From positions 1,291,388 to 1,355,387 of the forward strand of contig NW_003314297.1 of NCBI RefSeq assembly GCF_000143415.4: a DNA stretch of 64,000 bases, written 5' to 3'. Positions 23,371 to 34,672 of this stretch are shown piece after piece. Both the position numbers and the translations under genes were made by a program. Positions within the stretch are counted from its first letter, which is position 1, and the number at the start of each line of letters is the position of its first letter. Under the pieces are notes generated by a model. It had not been told where the DNA came from and did not search any database. It saw only the letters and a program-made list of their open reading frames with translations. This stretch comes from Selaginella moellendorffii. Its lineage: Eukaryota; Plantae; Lycopodiophyta.

Positions 23371-25392
23371 TCAAGTAGCATAGAGGTTTGAAAGAAGAGC
23401 ATATGATTTTGGATCCAATCGCAAGAGCTCTCCTGCATTGCGATCGCCGCATCCAACATCTCCCTGGATCCGGCACGCGCCCAGCAGCGTGTTCATCGCC
23501 ACGTCGCTGGGAAGAAAGGGCATGTTTTGGAGGAGATCCTCCGATTGCTCGAGCATCCCAATTCGGCCCAGGAGATCCACGACGCAGCAGTAGTGATCCA
23601 GCGCCGGTTCGATCGAGTGATCCGATATCATCCAGTAGAAGCACTGGATTGCCGGATCGAGTAGCCCGGCGTGGCTGAAAGCTGCCAGGATTGCCACGAA
23701 TGTGGGTTGCGATGCTCGAACGCCCCCTTGGAGCATGGATCGAAAGAGGGATAGAATCTCTTGGAAAACCGAACCCGCCAGGGCATAGGCAGTGATTAAA
23801 GTGTTCCATCCAGAGGCATTGTGGAAGGGCATTCTCGTATCAAACAAAAGCTTGGCTGTTTTAATATGCCCACTTTGGGCATACGCAGCAAGAACAGTGT
23901 TCCAAGAAAAAGTGTCGTGTTTTGGTAACATTTCAAAACATCTCTCCACTTTTTCTACATGGTAACTTTGTAATGAAGAAAAAAGTAGAGCGTTCCATGC
24001 GACAATATCACGCTGCGGCATCTCGTAGAAGATTCTCTCCGCCTCTTTGATATGCCCTTTCGCGGTATATGCGGTAATAAGAGCCGTCCAAGAGAGAACA
24101 CTCCATTTGGGCATTCTGTCGAAGAGGGCTTTCGAAAATACTGTAATCACACACTCCCAAGACATGATTTGGCGCTCCGGCATTCTCTCAAACACAAGCT
24201 TTGCTTTCGAGAACTCCTCGTTTCGTACGAGACCGTGGAGGAGAATGTTCCATGATACTGAATCCCATCCCGGGGATCTCCCGTATACCTCTAGTGCGAA
24301 GTGTACATTGCTTCTCTGAGCATACGCATTGACGATTGAATTCCATGACACCAGGTCACGCTCTTTTCTCAGTGTAAAGACATTCCAGGCATCGTCTAGA
24401 TGCCCATTCTCGGCATAAGCCACGGCTAGTATATTCCATGACGCCGTGTCCCATCCAGGCATGGAATCGAAGATGCTTTTGGCGGCAAAAGGGTGTCTGC
24501 TCTGGGAATATGCCGAAAGAATTGAGTTCCAGGCAATTCCATCTTTATACAGCATTTGATCAAACAAGGTTTTGGCTTCAAATGTACAGGAGTTAGCGGC
24601 ATAGGCAGAAAGCAGTGTTGTGAGGCAATGGAGACAGTGCTCTGGCATCTTTTGTAATACGATCTTTGCAAATTCCAAGATTCCAGCTTGGATGTATCCT
24701 CTGACGAGATAGATCCAGGAATCTTTGTCTCTCTCCAGCATAGAATCAAACGTTCCTTTACCTTGTGACAAGACTCCTGACTGGAAATAACGCAACAGCA
24801 AAGAATTCCATCCCAGAACATTGTGTTGTGGCATCTTGCCTAGGAAACCTTCGAGCATATTCAAATTGCCGTGCACAGTATAGCAGGATAGTAGAATGTT
24901 CCACGAGGATAGAATTCTTACCGGCATCTGATCAAAGAGAATCTTTGCAAGATCCAGATTTCCAGCCCGGGCATATGCCATCAGCATGGCATTGAAAGCC
25001 AAGGAATCCCATTCTGGCATATTCTCAAAGATCTTAGACGCTTGAAAACAACTCCCACGTCTCGCAGTTCCTGCCAAGATAGTGTTCCATGTTACGGCAT
25101 CTTTCTGCGAGGCTTTAAAAAAGATACCACTTGCGTCGTCAAGATACCCGCTTTGGGCATATGCCGCTATTATCATATTTACAGAGTAAGCATTGGGCCC
25201 GTTGATGGAGTCAAAGACACTGCGGGCATCTTTGGGACTTCCACACTTGCCAAACATTTCAATCATTAAGTTGGCGAGGTATCTATCATGGCGGTGGTCA
25301 CTCCTGGATATCCAGTCGTACAGTTTCGTACATTCCGACAAGAGCCGTGAGTCACCGTGGAGCTTTATGCTCCCGGCAAGCTTAGCTTGCAT
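23371..25392 (-). CDS. PLS-class PPR protein with E domain, single exon, 673 aa
   Basis: Long array of short S-type repeats (FDxMPxxDxxSWNxxxxAY), HYCCVVDLLGR, MPFLP, LLGACRI, YALLSNLY; no DYW. Confidence 0.92.
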   Translation of the reverse strand: MQAKLAGSIKLHGDSRLLSECTKLYDWISRSDHRHDRYLANLMIEMFGKCGSPKDARSVFDSINGPNAYSVNMIIAAYAQSGYLDDASGIFFKASQKDAVTWNTILAGTARRGSCFQASKIFENMPEWDSLAFNAMLMAYARAGNLDLAKILFDQMPVRILSSWNILLSCYTVHGNLNMLEGFLGKMPQHNVLGWNSLLLRYFQSGVLSQGKGTFDSMLERDKDSWIYLVRGYIQAGILEFAKIVLQKMPEHCLHCLTTLLSAYAANSCTFEAKTLFDQMLYKDGIAWNSILSAYSQSRHPFAAKSIFDSMPGWDTASWNILAVAYAENGHLDDAWNVFTLRKERDLVSWNSIVNAYAQRSNVHFALEVYGRSPGWDSVSWNILLHGLVRNEEFSKAKLVFERMPERQIMSWECVITVFSKALFDRMPKWSVLSWTALITAYTAKGHIKEAERIFYEMPQRDIVAWNALLFSSLQSYHVEKVERCFEMLPKHDTFSWNTVLAAYAQSGHIKTAKLLFDTRMPFHNASGWNTLITAYALAGSVFQEILSLFRSMLQGGVRASQPTFVAILAAFSHAGLLDPAIQCFYWMISDHSIEPALDHYCCVVDLLGRIGMLEQSEDLLQNMPFLPSDVAMNTLLGACRIQGDVGCGDRNAGELLRLDPKSYALLSNLYAT

Positions 25393-25868
25393 GGACGAAT
25401 CTCTTCATCATCTAGCAGGATATATGCTGGAAGTGCTCCGGTAATATGCTCGAGAATATGCACGCGTACGGTAAAAGAACGCTCGAGCATCTTAAGATAT
25501 CCATTCGCATTCGCATATCCATATTTTTGGTACAGAGAACTTGGCCACTCTTCCATCGACCATGTAATTCATACAGTGTCTCCAACGACCAGCACAGAAT
25601 GTGGTGACCTGGCACGACCGTCGGATGCTCCATCTCCGGAATAGCCAGCGGATGGGGCCGTCCAAGCCGCCCGCGGGAGTATTAAACGTCAAAGGAGAGA
25701 GGAGCTTGGCGCATTTTACGGAAGACGCGAAATCTAGGTCTGTTTGATCCATTTTCGTGGTTTTTGGCTCCTCGCTCGCTCGCGGGCATCTTTGGCGCCG
25801 CGGCACCGAGATTTCGATCGAGCCAATCCCTCGCAGCGCTAGGTTTTAGCTGAATCGTCTCTTCCAGG

Positions 25869-26418
25869 ATGCCGACGCTCAACATTAGCACCAATGTGCC
25901 GCTCGATGGCGTCTCGACATCGGATATTCTCAAGGACGCTAGCAGGACGGTCGCGCGCGTTCTTGGCAAGCCAGAGAGTGTGAGTTTTCAATCCCTTCGA
26001 TTATTCTCAGGGAGATTTGGCTAGATTTCCATCACTTTTGGGGTTCTTCACTCGCATTTGATTTCGATTTTTATGTAACTTTGGCTCATTGGTTTTTTGT
26101 GCAGTATGTGATGATCATCATAAATGGTGCTGTGCCAATCTCTTTTGGAGGGAGTGAGGAGCCAGCAGCATACGGGGAGCTCGTTTCAATCGGCGCAATC
26201 TCCCCCGACTCGAACAAGAAGTTGAGCAAAGCCATAGCCGAGCTCCTCCAGTCCAAGCTCGCAGTGCCCCCGAATCGCTTCTACATCAAATTCTACGATG
26301 TCAAGGTTCTAAAAATCTCTCCTCCAACATTCCAACATTCCCAGAGAAAGATTTCAAGCTGAAGTCCTCCATTTTCTTGCAGGGAAGCAACTTTGGCTGG
26401 AATGGATCGACTTTTTAG
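25869..26418 (+). CDS. MIF: Macrophage migration inhibitory factor / D-dopachrome tautomerase-like (MDL), 3 exons
   Basis: MPTLNISTNVP (catalytic Pro) ...GKPES|YVMI...EPAAYGELVSIG...RFYIKFYDVK|GSNFGWNGSTF*. Confidence 0.93.
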
Positions 26419-27333
26419 GCAGAACTTTTTCTTGGTATGCATGCTTCTTTTCAGTTTCACTAGTCTTGGATCGTTTCATCGCCTACGCTTTGATCCTAGA
26501 TATAAATCTTTGCTCGCTCGTATCGTTGGTAAGAAAATTGTTACAATGGCAGGCGGGGCGATCTTCGTTTTGATCGTTTTAATCTAAAGAAAGAGATTTG
26601 ATATCTTTAGCTATGATCTTCTAGCCACACACATTGGATCGCCGGACGGATCTCCTCCGGCGCTTGTAAAGCCGTCGGGAGATTCTATCCGGCGTGGTAA
26701 TAATGTTGTGGGTAACGCGCGTGAAAAGACCGGCGCCGTAAGTCGGGACAGGTGAAAGCGAACGTAAATCGCGCGTACCGCGCGTGTGGAGAGCGATGTT
26801 ATAATACAAAAATGGGAACCGTAAACTACGAGACAAAGTAAGGCGGCGGCTACGTATAATTATACGATCCGTAGTGAAGCAGGGCTGCCAATACGCCGAC
26901 GGGCGAGGCTGACGGGAGTGAAGTTTTATTTGAATGCGCGAATGGCGAAGCTAGGGTTTTTGTGTGTTTTGTCTGGGATGAAGAACAGTGGTGAGATCGC
27001 CAGATCTTGTCCCCGAGCGGCGAGCTCTGGCAATGTGGCTACTGGATGAGGAACGCGCTGATCAGATGCATCGGAGAACACGCCAGCGGCGTATAAAATC
27101 GCGTGGAAGACGAGTTCTTCAAAGCTCGCGCTCGCCCGTTTCATTCTTTTGATCACAGATTCTAGACGAAGAACACACAGGCGGTATCGGCATTGGCATT
27201 GGCAAGGCGCATCGCGGCAGATTTTCATCGTGCTGTGCTTCGATTCTTTTCCTGAGTTTCGCCCGAAATATCCAGGGCGCTGCTCCTTTCTCCCTTCTTT
27301 CTTCGCAGATCGATCGAAATTTCCACCGATCCG

Positions 27334-29291
27334 ATGGCGCTAGGTACCGGATGGCTCCAAATTCATAGCGATCGGCTCCAGCAGCAGCCGAAACTCGAGA
27401 GCGATCACGTCCTGGAGCAGCATAATCTGATAGGGCGCCTGGATCATTTCGAGAACCAGGAGCCTCTCACTGCCGATCACAGCGGCGTTCATTCAAGGCT
27501 CGAATTCGATCCTTCCGCCGAGGTCTTGGCGGCCATTGCCGGTGCTAGCCAGCAGCTGCAAATGCCACAGGGTCATCAAATATCTTCCCAGTCGACGCCG
27601 GTGGTGAAGAGAAAGAGAGGGCCGGCTGGAACAAGCAGCAGGGAGAGGTCGTGCAAGATCCCCGCGCCCACCGCTGGCAAGCGAAGCTCGATCTATCGAG
27701 GTGTCACGAGGTACTATATCCTTTACACCGATCGATCTCCAAATATTTCGTTTCTTAATGTTTCTCTTCTTCCTCGTTTGCTGCAGGCACAGATGGACGG
27801 GTCGGTACGAAGCACATTTATGGGACAAAAGTACCTGGAATCATACTCAAAACAAGAAGGGCAAGCAAGGTAAGCTCGAGCTTTGTTTCAAACATGTATA
27901 ACCAGCTTCTTCGGACTTGCCAATGGATGCGTGCAGTCTATCTAGGTACTTTCGCGTTGCTCCCTTATAGTTCGCTATCAAGTGGTGTTTGTCTAAAGTT
28001 CTTTGGTGCTTGAACTTTTCTTGTAGGAGCTTATGACGATGAAGAGGCTGCTGCTAGAGCTTACGATCTCGCTGCCCTCAAGTACTGGGGTCCGGGCACA
28101 CTTATAAACTTCCCCGTAAAAAGCCTTTCAGTTTGACAAATTGCATACTAGCTGAAGAGCCTTTTGTAATTTGTGCAGGTAACAGACTACGCTAAAGACA
28201 TTGACGAGATGCAGAGTGTCACAAGGGAGGAGTATCTTGCGTCGTTAAGAAGGTACGCTTGGGGTTGAGCATTGTCTTGACCGGACTATAAGTTTGTTTT
28301 TCTGTGCACAGGAAAAGCAGCGGGTTCTCTAGAGGTGTTTCAAAGTACCGAGGAGTGGCCAGGTGCTTGCGTTGTCCGGTCATTATTTAAATATCTAGAT
28401 TGAGCTTTTCTCGTCTCTTTCGCTGCTTTCACAGGCACCACCACAATGGACGATGGGAAGCTCGTATCGGTCGCGTGTTCGGGAACAAGTACCTCTACCT
28501 TGGCACGTACAGTAAGTACAAATTGGATCCTGTTTATCTTGCTAATCAGCATTCATGCTTTCCATTTAGGTACTCAAGAGGAAGCTGCAGCAGCCTATGA
28601 CATGGCTGCCATAGAATACAGAGGCCTTAATGCAGTAACCAATTTCGATTTAAGTCGATACATTCGCTGGCTGAGGCCGAAAGCTGGGGCCGTGGCACCA
28701 GACGGCGAGGAGTTTCAAGGCATGCCCCGAGCAGAAGAAGCATCAAACCAGCAACTGTGGCCACCAATTCAACCCGGCAACTATGCAGAACAGCAGCTTC
28801 CGCTACTAGGATCGCTGGGCCTCGCTTCTTACGATCACGACAATAACAATCATCGTAGCAACAGCAACCAAGCTCAAAAGAAGGACGCGTCGCCAACGGC
28901 CCTGGGGCTGCTGCTCCAGTCATCAATGTTTAGGCAAATGGTCGAAAAGACGTCTGGTGCGAGCGGGCAGGAACTGAGCATGGACGTTGGTGGTCACTAT
29001 CTAGCTGCTTCTGAGGTGTACCAACCATCTAGTAGTGACGTCCCAGACGAGGAACCGGATGCCCGATACTCGTTCCAGCCGGAGACTTATACGTTTCTCC
29101 AGAGCGAAAGTCTCCATGGACAAGATGATGGCTCCAATAACCAGCAATCGGAGCAGCAACAGCAGGAAAACCAGGCCGAGCCAGCGGCTGAAGAAGTGAC
29201 TACAACAGATGATCAGGGCCTCTCATTATGGAGCACTTATAACGGATCAAGCTGCAGTACCCTGCCATTGACAAGCGCGATTGGCTCCTGA
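27334..29291 (+). CDS. Double-AP2 transcription factor, WRINKLED/ADAP clade
   Basis: [10 protein letters not shown]|[27 protein letters not shown]|VYL|[22 protein letters not shown] ... [26 protein letters not shown] ... [32 protein letters not shown]. Confidence 0.92.
27937..27945 (+). other. 9-nt VYL micro-exon of the AP2 gene
   Basis: gtgcag|TCTATCTAG|gtact restores Q-V-Y-L-G-A-Y in frame. Confidence 0.9.
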
Positions 29292-29461
29292 CACGAGACA
29301 AGCCTCATAACTTAAATCACTTCATCAATCAGGTACATCATTTACAGTTTGGATTGAGAGCAACTTGGTCAGATTCCGTTCTAAATTGAAGCCTCTGGTG
29401 CTTGCAGTTAACAGATCAATGTAGCCAGAGAGGAGGAAGAAGCATAGAATAGAAGTGACAT

Positions 29462-32400
29462 TCACGAGAAGTCGGCATCAGCAGGAAAAGCGACGCCTTG
29501 GATGGGATCAAGTTGGCGTAAATTAGAGCTGGCTCCTGTCGTCCGCCTCCTGTGAAGTTCACACAAACACAGACAGAGAAAGTAGCTTGTTTTGTGAGCA
29601 ACACAGTACCAGGGAGGTAACCAAAGGCACAGGTGCTTTTCTCCCTTTTGACTTACCGTTTCGAGTGCCGTGACAGATGAATAGATTGCTGGCCTGGCCG
29701 CGGACGAGTACTGCTTCAGCTTTGCAGAAAGAAGTGTCACCAGGTCCTTCATCATGGCCATCTGCAAATTATTGTACTGCTCCACGTCCTACATCGCGGC
29801 ACACAACACAAGCACCCGAGTTAAAACTTAAAAAGAGGCGAGGTCCATGGCCGTGGAAGAAGAGACTGGGCGTGGGCTGAGCTTTCTTCCTAGACTCGAC
29901 TACACAGGGAGGACAGAGTTTGATGTGTGTCACCTTCAGCCTTTGCTGCCGCTGCTCCAGCGTGAACTTCAACTCCTCCTGTCGCTGGAGCTCGTTACGG
30001 AGTCCGAGGCTGATTAGCGATCCCTGCTGCTCCTTGGAGACTGGACGTTAAAGGTTAAGACGCGAGGAGTTTAAGAGGAAAGAAAGCTGGCGCTTGCCTT
30101 CTTCCAAGGACGATTCCACGGCCTCGAGCTCTGCGCACTTGTCCTGGTACAGCTTGTTTTCCCGTGCAAACTCTCTCTGGACTGACTCCACTTCGTTTTG
30201 CAGCCTGCTTAGCTTCCTAAGAGACATCACCAGCACGCGACGAAACAAAAACTTAGAGGTCTTTACTCCACCGAGGAGGAAGAAGAAAAGGAAGAGACTT
30301 GGGATCCGACCTTTCATAGAGAGACGAGACTTCCAAGTGGTGGCGCTTCTTTTCCGCGTGGACGATCTCCAGGTCCTGCTTGGTCTTCCTCAGGCTCTGC
30401 AGGAGTTTGACCCTGGGGGCGACTTTCTCCTTGTTCTCCCGGAGCGACTCGTTGACCTCCGCCAGCAGCGAAGTCAACGTGCCGATGGCCTTGTCCAGCT
30501 CCTCGTCCCCGCCGCTCGACTCGAGCACGTCTTCCAGCATTCCTGTAACATTCCAGTTCGTGTAACATAGCTTTGGCTCTTGCCTTGTGAGTTTAGTTTG
30601 ATTTACCAGGAACGACGGGGTGTGGCATGGAGGAGGCCTGGTGCTGGAGAATTTGCAGCGTTCTTCGCAAGGCTCCAAACTCGGTGGCCATGTCGTCAGT
30701 CTCCTTTTTCATCGTCCTGTACGTGATGCTCTTCGCTCGCAGTGATTCCACAAACTGTTTGAGTTCTTCTCCTCGTAGAACTGTGCCTTTGACCTGAAAC
30801 AGATGAAACTAAGTTGGTAAAAAGAAAATCGAAATTGTAAACAAATAGAGAAAGATATTTGCCTCGTTGATAAAGTTGGTCTTTTGGGAGAAGTCGACTA
30901 TGAGTTGCTCTTTTCTTGCTGTGAGAGCCGTGACCTTGTCAAACGCTACTTTGAGCCTCTCGGCGACCAAAGCACTCTGCTGCCACTGCACAGAGTCGCC
31001 GTCGGGGGAGAGCTCGTTTCTCTTCTCCAGGCAGCTTCGTTTCCTCAGAGACTTGAGCTCGTTGTTTGCTGATACAAGCTTTGCCTGTGTCGAAAGAACC
31101 TCCATTGCAACAAAAAAGGATGAAAAAAACGAAGAGTACCTGAATTCGCGAGATTTTGTCATCGCTGTAGTTAGGATCATTCAAAACTTTGTCAAGAGCG
31201 TCTTTGTGTCGCTGTTTGTCTGCCAGCTCCTGAATAAGAGTTTGGAAGAGACAAGGTAAATCAACAGGAAAATGGAAGATATAAATCCCCCCACCTTTGG
31301 AAGTTTTGTGTCGGCGAGATAGCGTAGCATTGATATTTCCTGAGCAATTCTTTCGCTCATGAGCGGAGGTGGTGTGTTCACTAGGGCCTGCATGTACTCG
31401 AGCTTCAGCAGTGCTTTCCCGTGCTTCCCTGAGCGGCATATCGTTCCAATCAATCGACCAATTTGGAAGGAACTAGGAGGATGATTTAAATTTCTACCTG
31501 ACTCGGCAGCTAAAGCTCGCTTTTGTTCCTTTACATTGTTCGCCAAGTTCGTCTCATCCAGCTTTTCGACCCTGTGTTGCTCAACCAATGCAAGGATTTG
31601 ATCGAGCTTTGCTACATGCTGGCCAAAACCAAACAAAGCACAATCTAGCAGCAGGAGAAAGAGGGAAAAGAAACCAGATGCGAACGACTTACTTGGAGCT
31701 TGGCTCGCAGTTTGGAGACTTTTGTAGACAGGTGTTCTTTCTCGGCTTCTAGTTTGTGGACGTTTTCTCGCAAAGAGACCACGTCTTTCTCCGTCTGCGC
31801 CTCCTGGAGGCTTTGCAGCCGGCAATAGTTGGCTTTGAAATGGTCCCTCAGAGCTCCGCACTGCGCTTGCAAGATGTTGCAGTCCTCGTCCAAGAGAAGC
31901 TCTCCAGGAATCTCCACTTCGTTTAGAAATTGTGACAAGTATACGTGCTTCTTAAACACCACAATCTAGAAAACAATAACCAAGCAGCCACCAGCAAAAA
32001 GAAGTCAGAGTATGAGAAAGGAAGAAACAAAACTCACTTTGCATTACTGTTTAGATGGAAAATGACCTGAGGAAGCAGCCATGAGAGCAAAGGATAAATC
32101 ACGTCTCTGCTCCCGGAAGATAAACCTTGACGAAATGATATCCTGCATTAGTGGAGCGATTGAATCCAAGCGAAAAGAGTAGAAAACAATATTTTCTTCT
32201 TACGCATCCATGTTGGGGAAATAATAGGAGCGCAAGAGCTCCATCATGCAAGCAGTGGACGCCTCTAGCCCATTGCTCTCCAAGCATTTCTTCTGGAAGA
32301 AGAATGAATCGATAGGCATTTAGATGGATGCGTTACCTGGCTGGGACTGATGTAGCTCAAAACGCGGACAAGTAGCTGCCGCAGCTGCTGGGGACTCTTT

Positions 32401-32542
32401 TGGCTGCTCAAGAAAAGAAATAAAAAAAGAATAGTCTAGCAGTGATTCAGCGCAAATCCGCAAACCTAAATTCCAGAAGAGAGATCGTGTAGAAGAGCGG
32501 CGATGCATTGAGTTGAGAGACGATCGCTTGCACATCCGCCAT
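29462..32542 (-). CDS. IFT81: Intraflagellar transport protein 81, multi-exon (3' end approximate)
   Basis: MADVQAIVSQLNASPLFYTISLLEF, QKSPQQLRQL..ISP, YLSQFLNEVEIPGELLLD, VLRGEELKQFVESLRAKSITYRTMKKE..EFGALRRT; long coiled coils. Confidence 0.8.
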
Positions 32543-32779
32543 AGCATTAGGGCAAACTAAGGAGAAGATAGAATATTCTATATGCTTACTTTTAAGAATC
32601 CTAATTTCATAAAATTGGCGCCAAACGCTGTTTAAAGTTCTTTAGGAAGAGCTTATTGCAGAGATTGCGGCAAAATACTGTCCCCCCAGAAGATTAGTCC
32701 GCTAGATTGCATGCTTGTGTAGGAAATTTCTGGATTTAATTAGAGAGAAACACTCCAGTACCTTGTTCTTTGTACCTCT

Positions 32780-34385
32780 CACAATTACACCACAAGCTTT
32801 CTCGACTTGTCGGCGAACCAGCTCACTGGTGAGATTCCCGCAAGCTTGGGAAAGCTGGCGGGAGCTCAACTTGTCACACAACCGGCTGTCTGGAGCATTC
32901 CATGGACTCTGGGAGAGATTACGTCCATGGCAGTGCTGGATCTCTCTTTCAACCAGTAACACTGCCATGAACGCGTCTTGGGGAACCTCCACTCTTCCCA
33001 CCAATTTCATTCGTTTCTTGCCTTCGGCCTGCATCGAACAAATGAGTTGTGTATCAAGTGGCTTATCTACTTACTTGTTTCTTCAACAGCCTCTTCTTCC
33101 TCGTTATGTCTCCTCCTGCAGCATTGGAAGATTTTGAGAGCTGTACAAAGAGTTGAAAAGAGAGCACAGACCATAGCACTTGGCCAGCACGTCTTTGCAC
33201 ATGGCTGAGATTTGTTCACTGACAATGACTCTAGACCCAAGGCACGCATCTCAGGTTAGAGTTTTTGTAAAATATGGAAAACGAAAGATGGCACCTGAAT
33301 TGGTATTTTGAAGAGCTGGAGGGGAATCAAACTTTCGAGTTTCTCTGTCAGAGCCCGTCCTATGGTGTACGCCTGTCGAAATGGAGAGATTAAGTTGCGA
33401 TGTTGAGTAGAAACAGTGAACAAATACCTTATCTTTATGAACGATTGCCGATAGCGGCTCCACAGGCTCCCCATTGATTCTTATATCAAGTTTGACAATC
33501 GCTCATGCGATATCTGCATGATTAAACGTATGATTCAGTACCAGCCTGCTTTTGATCTACACGGTAATGGAGTACTTCATGCTCGCGCAGCCCTTGCTAT
33601 GTGACTTGAATGACCATTCAAGCAGAAGAAAATGCTTGAAAGTACTGTACCTCAGCCAGAGGAAGATCATAAACAACACAAGCATTTTCAGTAATATAAT
33701 TCATCTCTCTGAATTCTCCATGCCTTTCTTGCGAGCTCCATCAGAGTGCCAATGTACTCTTTCGGGATCAATCTGGCTTAACTTTTGCAAAAAGCTATAA
33801 AAGGCTCCATACTCTTAAAGCAGCATCATTTAGCTGCAATTTCCCCAGTGCTTCTCGTAACTCGGGAAACCTGTTGAAACAGGACGAGTTCAAGTATATC
33901 ATTAGTGCAACAAGTAGACGTACTGATCTGCATCAATAGGAAAGTAGAGCTCTCATTTTTGACAGGTTGAAAATGGTTTTTCTCATTTGCATGACTACCT
34001 TTTTGTTTTTGCAGTTACTACAATCCCTACTGCAGCGTTATCACGTACTTTAGAGCCGTAGATGGGAGCTTGCGTCAAGGAGAATCAGTAAAATTTATGG
34101 CTAGTGAAAGGTGGGGCATCTTCGCTCAGTCGCTGATGCAAGGTTTGGAGATACCATTACAGGTTCTTCTAGAAAAGCTGAAAAGGCGCTTCCTGGATAT
34201 CCGCAGGCAACTCCAATGGTTTTCTGTGGCCTCTTTCATTGATGCAGATCAGTAAGTTTACTTGTTGCACTAATGACATACCTGAACTCGTCCTGTTTCA
34301 ACAGGTGTCCTGGGGAAATTGCAGCTAAATGATGCTGCGGATTTCCTGGCCTTCTGCACATGGAAATAGTACAGGTAGTAATTAG
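32780..34385 (-). pseudogene. GUF1/LepA 3'-half duplicate, rearranged (deletions, inversion, LRR insertion)
   Basis: Matches 46850-48830. Segment ~33946-34385 is in the opposite orientation. Confidence 0.88.
32801..32956 (+). pseudogene. Plant extracellular LRR fragment inserted in the GUF1 pseudogene
   Basis: LDLSANQLTGEIPASLGKL..ELNLSHNRLSG..PWTLGEITSMAVLDLSFNQ with frameshifts; absent from the intact GUF1. Confidence 0.85.
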
Positions 34386-34672
34386 TAAACAATAAATTAA
34401 AAATCAACCTTTGGGAGAGGTTGTCAAACGCTGCTTTGAGCACTCTCGAGAAGTAGCCCGGGTCATTGATATATGGCTTTGCAAGAAGGCTTCCACAACG
34501 TGTCCTTGTTCAAAATCCGCAAAATCCGCAAAATCCGCTGGATGAGCACAAACTTTCCACGCAGCCCATTATAGCCACTAAATAAAGCCAGTTCTTCGCT
34601 TAGGGCAAAGAGCTCGGCATTGGTGCAGCTGGACCAGGGGCAGCGGCGGCGATTGGGTTTAAGCTCTTGAAA

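Noticed and set aside
34512-34538. aaaatccgc x3
   Set aside because: Too short to assign a function.
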